Assembly: GCA_039584255.1 (NCBI GenBank)
Contig: JBDGYE010000007.1
Location: 5,815-69,814 of the forward strand
Direction: 5' to 3'
Length of the DNA stretch: 64,000 bases
From: Gemmatimonadota bacterium
Lineage (GTDB): Bacteria > Gemmatimonadota > Gemmatimonadetes > Palauibacterales > Palauibacteraceae
Shown one piece after another: positions 10,446 to 20,066 of this stretch. The notes beneath the pieces are model-generated. The model did not search any database and was not told the origin of the DNA. It worked only from the letters and a program-made list of their open reading frames with translations. Within the stretch, counting starts at the first letter, position 1, and every line of letters begins with the position of its first letter. The position numbers were made by a program, and so were the translations under genes.

Positions 10446-11024
10446 CTATCCAAAGTAGGGCGGCGCGTTACCCGGCCGCCATTTGATGTTGCAGCCAACG
10501 CTCGGCGCCTGGTTCTCGAGAGCGGGCCTGCCAGCGAGAACGGCGTCGAGCGCCGCCCGAAGGTCCTCACCCGTCACCGGAATCTCGCTTCCGGGCCGAC
10601 TCGCGTCGAGCTGACCGCGGTAGACCAACATTCCCTCCCCATCGAACAGGAAGAAGTCGGGCGTGCAGGCTGCTTCGAAGGCCTTCGCCACCTCCTGGGT
10701 CTCGTCGAACAGGAAGGGAAACTCCCATCCCTCGCGCTCGGCCAGCGCCTTCATCTCGGGCGGCGCGTCCTGTGGGTAGGCGAGGGGGTCGTTCGCGTTG
10801 ATTGCCACGACTGCGACCCCGCGGGGCAAGTAGTCGGCGGCTAGGCGGCTCAGCTCGTCGACGACGTGCTTCACGAACGGGCAGTGGTTGCAGATGAACA
10901 TCACGAGCAGCGGCTTTCCAGCGAAGTCGGCGCTCCGCACGCCTCGCCCGTCAACGGCGCCGGTGAGCGAGAACTCTGGCATCCGTGTGCCGAGCTGCAG
11001 CATGGTCGATGGAGTGACTGCCAT
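10446..11024 (-). CDS. Thioredoxin-fold (redoxin/AhpC-TSA-like) protein
   Basis: LLVMFICNHCPFVKH active-site context; about 190 aa thioredoxin-like length. Confidence 0.7.
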   Translation of the reverse strand: MAVTPSTMLQLGTRMPEFSLTGAVDGRGVRSADFAGKPLLVMFICNHCPFVKHVVDELSRLAADYLPRGVAVVAINANDPLAYPQDAPPEMKALAEREGWEFPFLFDETQEVAKAFEAACTPDFFLFDGEGMLVYRGQLDASRPGSEIPVTGEDLRAALDAVLAGRPALENQAPSVGCNIKWRPGNAPPYFG

Positions 11025-11080
11025 CGGTTCCTCCTCCTCAAGGACGGCCGGCGATCACGGCGGACTTGACCTCGCCCGCT

Positions 11081-12334
11081 TTACCTGTGCCTCTCCAGGT
11101 AGTCCAGCAGCACCGCTGACATGGCCCGGGCCCCGGTCACGATCGATTCCTCGTCAGCCACGAAGCCGGGGCTGTGGGGCATCCCAACAGTTCCCTTCTC
11201 CGAGTTGGACACTCCCAGCCAGTACATGGCGCCGGGAATCCGCTGCTGATAGAAGGCGAAGTCCTCTCCGAAGTAGGGTACGGCAGAGGTGACCACGACG
11301 AGCCCATCCTCGCCCACCGCACGCCGCAGGGCCATCAGCGATCCACGCACCAGCTCGGGATCGTTGATCATGTCCGGTAGCACGCGATCCCGATGGTCGA
11401 GGTGATACTCCGCCCCCGGGGGCGTGGCGGCCTCGATTCCATCGCGGATGCTCTGCTTCGCCGCGGCATAGGCCTCCTCACTCGAGGCCTTTACGAATCC
11501 CTGGACCACCCAGCGGCCGGGATTGCTCCTGTCGTGGCCCGCCGAAGCACGCGACCAGATGAACTCCTCGGGACTCTCCACCCCGTCCGAGCTTCCCGGG
11601 GGCCCGACTGTTCTGACGCCGTTTATGACGGAAACGTATGCCCTCGCGGTGGTCGCCACATCCCCGTCGCCGGTGACGGTGACGGTTACCCGGTCCAGGC
11701 CAGGGAGGGCCAGACCCTCGATCGCTCCAACCTGCCCCACTTCGAACGGGGCACTGTGGACGGCGAAGATCGCCCGAGGCGCTGGATTCTCGAGCACTCC
11801 GTCGTCGATCATGGCGGCGGCGCCCTGGAGGTTTTCCTCGGCCGGCTGGAAGATGAACTTCACCGTGCCGGGCAGATCGTCTCGGATCGACGCCAGCGCC
11901 CGGGCCACTCCGAGCCCGACGGTGGTATGGATGTCATGGCCGCAGATGTGACGCACGCCAGCCGTTTCCGACCGGAACGAAACGGGATCGTGCGAGTCGT
12001 CATAGACGGCGTCCATGTCGGCCCGGTATGAGACGACCAGCCCCGGCCTCCCTCCCCTGAGCACGCCGACGACGCCGTGCCCACCGACACCCGTCGTCAC
12101 CTCGAGATCGAGCCCCTGGAGGTATTCCGCCACGATGCCTGCCGTTCGCTCCTCCTCGCCCGACACCTCTGGGTGGCGATGAATGTCGCGGCGAATCTCG
12201 ATAAGCGTTTCCCGGGCGGTCTCAAGGGTCGCCTCGAGTTGCCCCATGCGCGTCTCCGTCTGCAGCGTGGCGGCACCTGCACTCGCCGCCGAGCCTACCG
12301 ACGCTACCAGCAGGACGAGTACCCGGCGAATCAT
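11081..12334 (-). CDS. M20-family amidohydrolase (N-acyl-amino-acid / hippurate hydrolase type), secreted
   Basis: Signal peptide MIRRVLVLLVASVGSAASAGA. Metal-site pattern HICGHDIHT and FIFQPAEE. Confidence 0.8.
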   Translation of the reverse strand: MIRRVLVLLVASVGSAASAGAATLQTETRMGQLEATLETARETLIEIRRDIHRHPEVSGEEERTAGIVAEYLQGLDLEVTTGVGGHGVVGVLRGGRPGLVVSYRADMDAVYDDSHDPVSFRSETAGVRHICGHDIHTTVGLGVARALASIRDDLPGTVKFIFQPAEENLQGAAAMIDDGVLENPAPRAIFAVHSAPFEVGQVGAIEGLALPGLDRVTVTVTGDGDVATTARAYVSVINGVRTVGPPGSSDGVESPEEFIWSRASAGHDRSNPGRWVVQGFVKASSEEAYAAAKQSIRDGIEAATPPGAEYHLDHRDRVLPDMINDPELVRGSLMALRRAVGEDGLVVVTSAVPYFGEDFAFYQQRIPGAMYWLGVSNSEKGTVGMPHSPGFVADEESIVTGARAMSAVLLDYLERHR

Positions 12335-12377
12335 CTGATCTCCCCCGGAAGAGGGCGAGTCCGGCGGCCGGAGGCGC

Positions 12378-12986
12378 TCACCCTTCCCAGGTCATGCGCC
12401 AGAACTCGCGCTCGTGGCCCATGACCCGGTTGAACTCCTCCTGCTGCCCCGGGTGCGCGTGGCTCTCCGCGGCCTCGCGCAGCTTCTTCACGTACTCGAC
12501 GAAGGCGGGGTTGGTCCAGCGGTCGATGAAATCGGCATACGGCCCTGTCGATTCGAGGCGACTCCAGGCGACCGTGTAGGCCACTTCAACGCCGTAGAAG
12601 ATCGCCAGCAGGACCTCGAAGGACTGCGCGTATCCGGCCTCGATCAGGTAGTCCATGTAGCGCCAGCAGACCGGGTGGGGCTCTGCCGAGAGGTCGAGTC
12701 CCCTCTCGTCCGCCTGCCGCTCGAACCAGGCCAGCTCTTCGTCGAGGGCGGAGAGGCCTCCGATCACGAGGCTCTGCTCCGGCCGCGGAGCCTTGGCCGC
12801 CGTGAGGGCGACGAAGCTGGTGAAGCCGCGCACGAAGATGTAGTCCTGAACCAGCCAACGATCGAACGCCTCCTGAGGAAGCGTCCCGTCGCCGATCGCG
12901 TCCAGGAACGAGGCGCGGGTCGCGGCCTCCCATAGATCACCGGCGCCGAGCGCCAGCCGTGAACTCCCGAACTCTGATATCTGCAT
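12378..12986 (-). CDS. TenA/THI-4/PQQC-family (heme-oxygenase-like fold) protein
   Basis: FLDAIGDGTLPQEAFDRWLVQDYIFV and YGVEVAY patterns. Start at MQISEF (12986). Confidence 0.65.
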   Translation of the reverse strand: MQISEFGSSRLALGAGDLWEAATRASFLDAIGDGTLPQEAFDRWLVQDYIFVRGFTSFVALTAAKAPRPEQSLVIGGLSALDEELAWFERQADERGLDLSAEPHPVCWRYMDYLIEAGYAQSFEVLLAIFYGVEVAYTVAWSRLESTGPYADFIDRWTNPAFVEYVKKLREAAESHAHPGQQEEFNRVMGHEREFWRMTWEG

Positions 12987-13108
12987 GGGGTGCCTCCCGA
13001 GTGCAAACCGTCGACACCACAGAAGATAAGCGCGCCGTCCGCTTCCGCGCAGGGTCACACCGGGGGTCTGTCGATCCTGGCGACCGCCCGGGACCGCGCC
13101 GCCTCGGC

Positions 13109-13975
13109 CTAGCTGGAGATCCTGGTGATGGTGATCTCTACGGACACACTCGCGCCCGAGTCGACGGACACGCTGACGGGTAGCGCGGGGTCGGTCGCGA
13201 TCGTGACGCCGTCCGGGGGCGTCAGGCCGATCAAGAAAGGACTGTCGGAAGGAACCAGGTAGGCGAAGGTCGCCTTGCCTTCATCGTCGAGCCCTAATCC
13301 CTCCGTATCGTCGAGAGTCGCCGCGAAGTCGGTCAGGCTCACCCCGTCCGGAAGCGACACGCCGTCACCCAGCACGACGGCGACGGTGATGCTGGCCGAA
13401 AGGCCGATTTCCGCTGTGTGGATGACAGGGTGCATCACCCACTGGCCCGATCCACCGGCGAGGCGGCCAAAGCTCTCGGACACATCGAAGTCCACGAGCA
13501 GCACCTTCTGCTCGCCCTCTACAGTGAACGGAGCCTTCACCTTGATTCCGGTCTGCGCGAAGCTGGGCAGCTGGAGAACGCCGGCCAACGTTCCCTCGTC
13601 ACAGTGCGACGCGAAGTCGGGACCCGTGGAGAAGACATCGATCTGGGGAGGAGCGGCTCCCTTTACCGCTATGCACGCCTCCGGAATGACGAACCGGAGC
13701 TGGCTGTACGTTCCCTCCTCGACGACCTCGTCCCTGACGAGATCCACGACCTCGTTGGCGAGGGTCAGCAGGTCGCCAGTCCATGGCTCATCGCGGAGCA
13801 CGAGTCCGCCCGACCCCGAAAGCTCGATCCGCTCGATGGTCACCACTGCCTGGGCGAAATCGCCGGGATCGTCCGTGAGCAGAACCGAGAGCCGGGTCGT
13901 GCCCGCAGGATCGGTCGCGTCGCACGAGGCGAGGACGAGAATCGCGGCCGCGACGAGGGTCTTGCTTCCAGACAT
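13109..13975 (-). CDS. DUF4382-like lipoprotein
   Basis: Lipobox ILVLASC. LSVLLTDDPGDF...VTIERIEL pattern typical of DUF4382. Start is the ATG at 13975. Confidence 0.6.
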   Translation of the reverse strand: MSGSKTLVAAAILVLASCDATDPAGTTRLSVLLTDDPGDFAQAVVTIERIELSGSGGLVLRDEPWTGDLLTLANEVVDLVRDEVVEEGTYSQLRFVIPEACIAVKGAAPPQIDVFSTGPDFASHCDEGTLAGVLQLPSFAQTGIKVKAPFTVEGEQKVLLVDFDVSESFGRLAGGSGQWVMHPVIHTAEIGLSASITVAVVLGDGVSLPDGVSLTDFAATLDDTEGLGLDDEGKATFAYLVPSDSPFLIGLTPPDGVTIATDPALPVSVSVDSGASVSVEITITRISS

Positions 13976-14231
13976 GGCGTCACCTAATCCGCTGAAGGGG
14001 CCCATTCAGGAGCCAGTGCCGCAACCTGCATGCCCGGGGGGCCGGAACGGAAGCTTACGGGCCGACGGCGGGGGCAAATGCAGACACTCCAATCAATTGG
14101 GGAATGAGGTCCACGTCGGCCGGCCGACGTGGAGACCGGCGCAGACGTATGGTCTTGGATCCACAACTCGGTCGCAGAGTGTCAAACAGACGCGACACCG
14201 CGCCACGTCGTCCGTCACACTTCAGAGGCCC

Positions 14232-15182
14232 TCAGCCGAGTCGCGAGAAGGCCACCGCTATCCCTGCGGCCACCCGAGCGTTCTCAACCAGCAGCGCCAC
14301 GTTGAGATCCAGTGTCCGGCCTCCGCTGGCGCGCGCGAGGTGCTCGAGCAGATAGGGCGTGACGTCCTTTCCGGTCACTCCGTGCCCCGCAACCTCGCCG
14401 AGGGCACTCTCGATGAGCGACTCCAGATCGGCGCGGTCGAGGGCGCGATCGGCCGGCGGTGGATTGGCGAAGACGATTCCCGCCGGGAGCCCGAGCCTCC
14501 ACTGGGCCGCCATCACGGCAGCTGCCTCGTACGGGGACCCTACCGTGCTCTCCAGAGACAGTCCGCTCTCGCGCGCGTAGAAGGCGGGAAGCTCGTCCGT
14601 GCCGTATCCGATCACGGGAACGCCCAGGGTCTCCAGGCTCTCCAGGGTCCGCTCCAGATCGAGAACCGCCTTCGCCCCCGAGCACACGACGGCGACCTGG
14701 GTCCGGGCAAGCTCCGTCAGGTCAGCCGAGACGTCGAGACTCAGCTCTCCGCCCCGGTGGACACCTCCGATCCCGCCGGTCGCCACGACCGGGATTCCCA
14801 CCCTTCCGGCCGCCCAGATCGTTGCGGCGACCGTCGTGGCTCCCGGCCTGCCGGCGGCGAGCACCGGCGCCAGGTCGCGTATGCTCACCTTCACCGTCTG
14901 CGGATCCTCCGCCAGGGCCTCGATCTCCGGCTCCGTGAGTCCGACGATCACCTGGCCGTCGAAGAGACCGACGGTCGCCGGCACCCCGCTCTCCGCGCGC
15001 ACCGCGGCGGCCATCGCCGCAGCCGACTCCAGGTTGTGCGGGTGTGGCAGGCCGTGGGCGAAGACGGTCGACTCCAGAGCGACAACGGCGGCCCCGGACG
15101 AAATCGCCTCGGCGACTTCGCCCCTCACCTCCAAATGGGGGACGAGGCGGTCGCCCGGGCTCGCGCGAAACGGGTTACCCAC
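14232..15182 (-). CDS. psuG: Pseudouridine-5'-phosphate glycosidase
   Basis: AVVALESTVFAHGLP, GATTVAATI and VATGGIGGVHRG motifs; about 315 aa. GTG start at 15182 overlaps the kinase stop by 8 nt. Confidence 0.85.
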   Translation of the reverse strand: MGNPFRASPGDRLVPHLEVRGEVAEAISSGAAVVALESTVFAHGLPHPHNLESAAAMAAAVRAESGVPATVGLFDGQVIVGLTEPEIEALAEDPQTVKVSIRDLAPVLAAGRPGATTVAATIWAAGRVGIPVVATGGIGGVHRGGELSLDVSADLTELARTQVAVVCSGAKAVLDLERTLESLETLGVPVIGYGTDELPAFYARESGLSLESTVGSPYEAAAVMAAQWRLGLPAGIVFANPPPADRALDRADLESLIESALGEVAGHGVTGKDVTPYLLEHLARASGGRTLDLNVALLVENARVAAGIAVAFSRLG

Positions 15183-16770
15183 CGGGCGAAAGCCTGGAGC
15201 CGCCCGAGCCGGAATCGAGCCCGGAACTGGCGGCGTCCGCCGCTAGTATCGCCAGCCGGTCGGCCAGCTCCGCCAGCTCGGGTGCGCGTCTCCTGGCCGG
15301 CACTTTGACCATCGCGTTGGCCGCGATGATGGCGCCGCCGATGCCAGATACCAGTATGAAGGGCCACGTGTGGTCGGGGGTCAGGCCGAGAAGGAGGGTA
15401 AGCAGGAGAGCGAGGACGATTCCGGCACCGACTCCCCAGCCGGGAGCGAACATCCTCCACCCGGAAAGCTCGAAGCGCTCCTCGACGTGTATCGCCGTTC
15501 GACCTTCCAAAGGTGCAATCGTCACGACCACCTTCCGGTCCTCTACCCCGGGCGCGGCGGGGCTCCAGCTCAGAGTTCCTCCGATCCGGGATACGTGGCC
15601 GGCGATTCCGAGAGAGCTCTGTATCTCATCGACCAGGACGATATGGGTCGATTCCGGCACCTCTCCGTCCACGACTCGGTCCGCCTTGAGCCTGCTCTTC
15701 TGGAAGACCATTGTTCCGAAACGCGTGGCTGTCGGGACAGCCGGCGGTGAAGAGTCGTGCGCGAGGTCACGGGCCGCCTCCCGCACCACGTCCGGCGGTA
15801 TCCCGACCTGCGCGGCGGCCCGCTCGATCCCGCCCATCGAGACGTTCGGCTCGCCGGAGAGCGAGTCGGCCTCGATCGCCGCTGCTCGCTCCAGCACCCC
15901 CCGCACCTCCGTATCGCTGAGCCTCTGGCTCCCCTCCACCGCCGCTGCCAGCGCTTCGACAAACTCCCCGGGAGACGCGTATCGGTCCGTCGGCCTCAGA
16001 GCCAGCGCCCTGACAAGGCACTGCTCCACCCTTCCCGGCAGGGCATCCAGATGTCGCCGGTGGTCCGGCGAGGCCTCTGCGAATCTTCCCATCCTCAGGT
16101 CCTGGTCGGCAGGCCACATGCCCGGCGTGTCGCCGATAAGCATCTCGTATATGACGCTCCCGAGGCCGTAGACGTCTGCCGACTCGTCCACCTGGATGCG
16201 GCCGGCCGCCTGTTCGGGGCTCATGTAGCCTAGGGTCCCGACCGGGAAGCCGCTCCGGGTCAGCGTATCGCGGCCGGCCGAGCTTAGAGCGCGCGCCACG
16301 CCGAAGTCCGAGACGACCGCCAGACCTTCCGAAAAGAGGATGTTCTCCGGCTTCACGTCCCGGTGGATCACCGCGTGACCGTGCGCGTAGTCCAGGGCCG
16401 ATGCGACCTGCCGGGCGATCCGGACGACTTCGCGGCGCTCGATCCGGCCTTCCCTTGCGAGGCGGCTGCGCAGCGAGCCTTCCGGCTGGAAAGGAGTGAC
16501 GAAGAAAACCAGCCCGTCGGCCTCTCCGGAGTCCAGCAGCGGAAGAATGTGAGGGTGGTTCAGGCTGGCCGTGATTCTGATCTCCCGGAGGAAGCGGTCC
16601 GCTCCGACGACGACCGCCAGATCCGGTCGCAGCACCTTGAGCGCCACCTCCCGCCCGTGCTTGAGATCGCGGGCGAGATAGACGGTGGCCATCCCGCCCG
16701 CTCCGATCTCCCGTTCGATCTTGTAGCGGTCGGCGATTGCGGCAGCCAGGCGATCGACGAGCTCGGACAT
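15175..16770 (-). CDS. Hanks-type Ser/Thr protein kinase with C-terminal TM segments
   Basis: IGAGGMATVYLA, VALKVL, HRDVKPENIL, DFG and SPEQ motifs. C-terminal hydrophobic stretches GWGVGAGIVLALLLTLLLGL and FILVSGIGGAIIAANAMV. Confidence 0.9.
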   Translation of the reverse strand: MSELVDRLAAAIADRYKIEREIGAGGMATVYLARDLKHGREVALKVLRPDLAVVVGADRFLREIRITASLNHPHILPLLDSGEADGLVFFVTPFQPEGSLRSRLAREGRIERREVVRIARQVASALDYAHGHAVIHRDVKPENILFSEGLAVVSDFGVARALSSAGRDTLTRSGFPVGTLGYMSPEQAAGRIQVDESADVYGLGSVIYEMLIGDTPGMWPADQDLRMGRFAEASPDHRRHLDALPGRVEQCLVRALALRPTDRYASPGEFVEALAAAVEGSQRLSDTEVRGVLERAAAIEADSLSGEPNVSMGGIERAAAQVGIPPDVVREAARDLAHDSSPPAVPTATRFGTMVFQKSRLKADRVVDGEVPESTHIVLVDEIQSSLGIAGHVSRIGGTLSWSPAAPGVEDRKVVVTIAPLEGRTAIHVEERFELSGWRMFAPGWGVGAGIVLALLLTLLLGLTPDHTWPFILVSGIGGAIIAANAMVKVPARRRAPELAELADRLAILAADAASSGLDSGSGGSRLSPGG

Positions 16771-16771
16771 G

Positions 16772-18409
16772 CTACTCCTGCCCGAGGACCCCGGCGTCGT
16801 GCACGACCTCGCCGCTCACGAAGGTCAGTATACTCCGCGTTGTGGGAAGCTCCCCGAGGGGCACCTCGAAGATGTCCTGCGACAGCACCGCCAGGTCGGC
16901 CAGCTTCCCCACTTCGATCGTGCCCTTCTCGTCATCCGCAAACTCCGCGTAGGCCGAGCCGCTTGTGTACGCCCGTACGGCCTGCTCGCGCGACAGGGCC
17001 TCATTCGGGTTGGCCGGGTGCATCACCGCGAACATGATATTGAGGTAGGGGTTGAGCGGCCCGTCGGAGCCGAGCGCGAGAGGAACGCCCGCGTCGAGTA
17101 GCGACTTGAGCGGAAAGGCTCCGGATTCAAGCCCATACCGCTGCAGCACGATATCGGTGAACGTGAAGTGCGACGGATTCTGGACGACCACCACGCCCAG
17201 CGAGGCGGCACGGAGGATCAGGTCCCCCACCACTCCGTCGCCGTGCTCGATGCGGACTCGGCTGGCCTTCCAGGTGCTATCCGAACCCAGGCTCTCCATG
17301 GCGTCGAATAGCGCCGCCGCGGGTCTGTCACCAGCGGCGTGAACCAGAAGCTGGTCGTCGCGCTCCAGCGACTCGCTGACCATCGCAGCGATCTCTTCCT
17401 CGGGGAAGTTGAGCCGGCCATACCAATCGGGACGGTCTCTGTAGGGGGTCCTCCACGCGGCAAGTCTCTCCAGCGGAGTCCCATCCAGAATCCACTTGGT
17501 ACCACTCACGCGCACCCGCAGTGATCCCGGAGGACTGGCTGACAGGGCGCGGCCCTCGTCGAGTCTGCTTTCCGGCGTCGTCGGAGGGAAGCGGATTGCC
17601 CTGATTCGGATCGGAAGACGCGCCTTCTCGAGCAGCCGCACGTACCGCTCGACAGGCAGGAACGACATGTTCTGAATCGAGGTGATTCCGAACCGAATCG
17701 CGTCGTCGGCCAGGGCGCGCATGCTCTCGACGATCTCCTCGTCGGAGGCACTTTCGGCGAACATCCGGCTCGGACCGTACTGGGCGTACTCGAAGAACTT
17801 GCCGTTCACGCGATCCGACCCGGATGCCCGCTCGAAGAAGCCGCCGATCGGATCGGGCTCGTCGTCGGCAACTCCGAGCACTTCCATTCCCCGGGTATTG
17901 AGGATGTAGCCGTGGCCGTAGAACGCTCTCAGGAAGACGGGGTGGTCAGGCGCCACGCGATCGAGCTCGAAGCGCGTGGCCTCGGAGTCGGAGACCACCG
18001 ACAGGCCCACGGTGCCGAGTATCCACTCGCCCTCGGGAAGATCGGTTGCCGCTCCCGCCACCGCGTCCCGCGTCCGGCTCCACGTGGGGTCCATGCTCTG
18101 GAAGGCGAGACGGTGTCCCCGTGGATCGGGAGTGTGATGGTAGTGGGCGTCGTTGATACCAGGGATGATCACGTGACCGTGAAGGTCGATCGTGCGGGTG
18201 CCTGTCCCGGTCAGCCTCTCGATCTGCCAGCTCGAACCCACGGCGACGATGCCGTCGTCCGTGATCGCGATCGCCTCAGCCCACGGCTCCGCTTCATTCC
18301 CGGTGAACACCTTCCCGTTCGTCAGGATGAGATCGGCGGGCTGTCGGTCGCACCCCTGCAACGTGGTCAGGCCGATGGCGATCAGCGCGAGGACCAGGCT
18401 TTTCTTCAT
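16772..18409 (-). CDS. Amidohydrolase-family (Amidohydro_3-like) lipoprotein
   Basis: Start MKKSLVLALIAIGLTTLQGC (lipobox) at 18409. Metal motif PGINDAHYHH. C-terminal GKLADLAVLSQDIFEV. The stop TAG lies 1 nt before the kinase ATG. Confidence 0.8.
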   Translation of the reverse strand: MKKSLVLALIAIGLTTLQGCDRQPADLILTNGKVFTGNEAEPWAEAIAITDDGIVAVGSSWQIERLTGTGTRTIDLHGHVIIPGINDAHYHHTPDPRGHRLAFQSMDPTWSRTRDAVAGAATDLPEGEWILGTVGLSVVSDSEATRFELDRVAPDHPVFLRAFYGHGYILNTRGMEVLGVADDEPDPIGGFFERASGSDRVNGKFFEYAQYGPSRMFAESASDEEIVESMRALADDAIRFGITSIQNMSFLPVERYVRLLEKARLPIRIRAIRFPPTTPESRLDEGRALSASPPGSLRVRVSGTKWILDGTPLERLAAWRTPYRDRPDWYGRLNFPEEEIAAMVSESLERDDQLLVHAAGDRPAAALFDAMESLGSDSTWKASRVRIEHGDGVVGDLILRAASLGVVVVQNPSHFTFTDIVLQRYGLESGAFPLKSLLDAGVPLALGSDGPLNPYLNIMFAVMHPANPNEALSREQAVRAYTSGSAYAEFADDEKGTIEVGKLADLAVLSQDIFEVPLGELPTTRSILTFVSGEVVHDAGVLGQE

Positions 18410-18621
18410 AGTCCGGGCTCCGGAGAAGAACGGTCGGGACTCAAACAGAAGAATAGCAGGCGGCCCTGAAAACGGAACCGTCCGCGCGGTGCCGCAATCC
18501 GTAACGCCGTTTCGGCGAAGCCCGTGGTTTGCGTAGATTAGAGGCTCTCCAGAGCAGGATGAAGAGAGTGCGGCAGCGGACCCCGTGCTGACACGCCCAC
18601 CATCCATCGAGCAGACTGAGC

Positions 18622-20037
18622 ATGTCCGACCATCTCAGCTTCCTCCAGAAGGTCAACCGCAGTTTCGATCGGGCGGCAGCCTTAACGGATCACGACCACC
18701 GCCTGCTGGGCCAGATCCGGGAATGCAACAGTGTGTACCGGCTCACGTTTCCGGTTAAGCGCGACGATGGGTCGATCGAGGTCTTCGAGGCGTGGCGGGC
18801 CGAGCACAGCCACCACAAGCTGCCTACGAAGGGCGGGATCCGCTTCAGCATGGTGGTGGAAGAGGACGAGGTGATGGCTCTCGCGGCGCTCATGACGTAC
18901 AAGTGCGCCATCGTCGACGTCCCGTTCGGCGGAGCGAAGGGAGGCATTCGGATCGCCCGGCATCTGTACTCGCCCGGCGAGCTCGAGAGGGTCACCCGGC
19001 GCTACACCTACGAGCTCTCGAAGAAGAACTTCATCGGGCCCGGGATCGACGTCCCCGCGCCCGACTACGGTACCGGCCCGAGCGAGATGGCGTGGATCGT
19101 CGATACGTACAAGTCGCTGTCCAAGGGCGAGCAGAACGCAGATGCCTGCGTCACCGGAAAGCCGATCGCACAGGGCGGGATCCGGGGGCGCCTGGAAGCC
19201 ACCGGCCGGGGTACCTACTACGGTGTGCGCGAGGCCTGTAGAATCGCCGAGGACATGGAGGCGTTGGGGCTCTCGACGGGCCTCGAGGGGAAGACGGTCG
19301 TGATCCAGGGACTCGGCAACGTCGGATACCACGCGGCCAAGTTCCTGGCGGAGGACGGAGCCGTACTGGTCGGACTTGCGGAACACGAGGGTGCGATCGC
19401 CAGCCCGAAGGGTCTGGACCTCGAGAAGGTGATCGCGCACCGGCGCCAGACCGGCTCGATCCTGGACTACCCGGGCGCCACCAACATCCCGAACTCGGTC
19501 GACGCGCTGGAGCTCGAGTGCGATATCCTAGTGCCGGCGGCGCTCGAGAGCCAGATCACCGACGAGAACGCGGCAGGCGTCAAGGCGAAGATCATCGCCG
19601 AGGGCGCCAACGGCCCGACGACTGCCGAGGCCGATGACATCCTGCGGGGGAGGAAGGTCCTCATCCTTCCGGATCTCTATCTGAATGCCGGAGGCGTCAC
19701 CGTCTCCTACTTCGAATGGCTCAAGAACCTGGCTCACGTCCGCTTCGGACGTCTGGAGAAGCGTCACGACGAAGCGGCGCAGCGGCGGCTGCTGGCAGCC
19801 GTCGAAAGCGCCACGGGAAAGCCGTTCGAGGAAATGGAGGTCAGTCGCCTGGCCGGCGGCGGCAGTGAGGAAGACCTGGTGAACTCGGGCCTCGAGGAGA
19901 CGATGGTCCTCGCCTACGGCCAGATCCGCGAGATCCAGAGGCGGCTCGGCGACGATTGCGACCTGCGGACCGCGGCGTTCGTCAGCGCGATAGACAAGAT
20001 CGTCGTCTGCTACGAGGAGCTGGGGATCTTCCCGTAA
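18622..20037 (+). CDS. gdh: Glutamate dehydrogenase (Glu/Leu/Phe/Val dehydrogenase family)
   Basis: Catalytic-Lys motif PFGGAKGGIR. Rossmann motif QGLGNVGYHAA. 471 aa. Confidence 0.9.
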   Translation: MSDHLSFLQKVNRSFDRAAALTDHDHRLLGQIRECNSVYRLTFPVKRDDGSIEVFEAWRAEHSHHKLPTKGGIRFSMVVEEDEVMALAALMTYKCAIVDVPFGGAKGGIRIARHLYSPGELERVTRRYTYELSKKNFIGPGIDVPAPDYGTGPSEMAWIVDTYKSLSKGEQNADACVTGKPIAQGGIRGRLEATGRGTYYGVREACRIAEDMEALGLSTGLEGKTVVIQGLGNVGYHAAKFLAEDGAVLVGLAEHEGAIASPKGLDLEKVIAHRRQTGSILDYPGATNIPNSVDALELECDILVPAALESQITDENAAGVKAKIIAEGANGPTTAEADDILRGRKVLILPDLYLNAGGVTVSYFEWLKNLAHVRFGRLEKRHDEAAQRRLLAAVESATGKPFEEMEVSRLAGGGSEEDLVNSGLEETMVLAYGQIREIQRRLGDDCDLRTAAFVSAIDKIVVCYEELGIFP

Positions 20038-20066
20038 GAGATCCGCAGCCAAGGACGCGCTGGCCG

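Noticed and set aside
8136-10486. Alternate-frame ORFs over the molybdopterin subunit (8136..9224 minus, 8828..10486 plus)
   Set aside because: They are shadow ORFs of a clearly homologous IorB-type gene.
12987-13108. TPP riboswitch upstream of the TenA-like gene
   Set aside because: No CUGAGA or ACCUGAUCUGGAUAAUGCCAGCG elements are present on the minus strand.
13275-15308. 677-aa plus-strand ORF
   Set aside because: It runs antisense to the DUF4382, psuG and kinase genes. Its translation is low-complexity Ser/Arg/Pro-rich with no motifs, while the minus-strand genes have clear family signatures.
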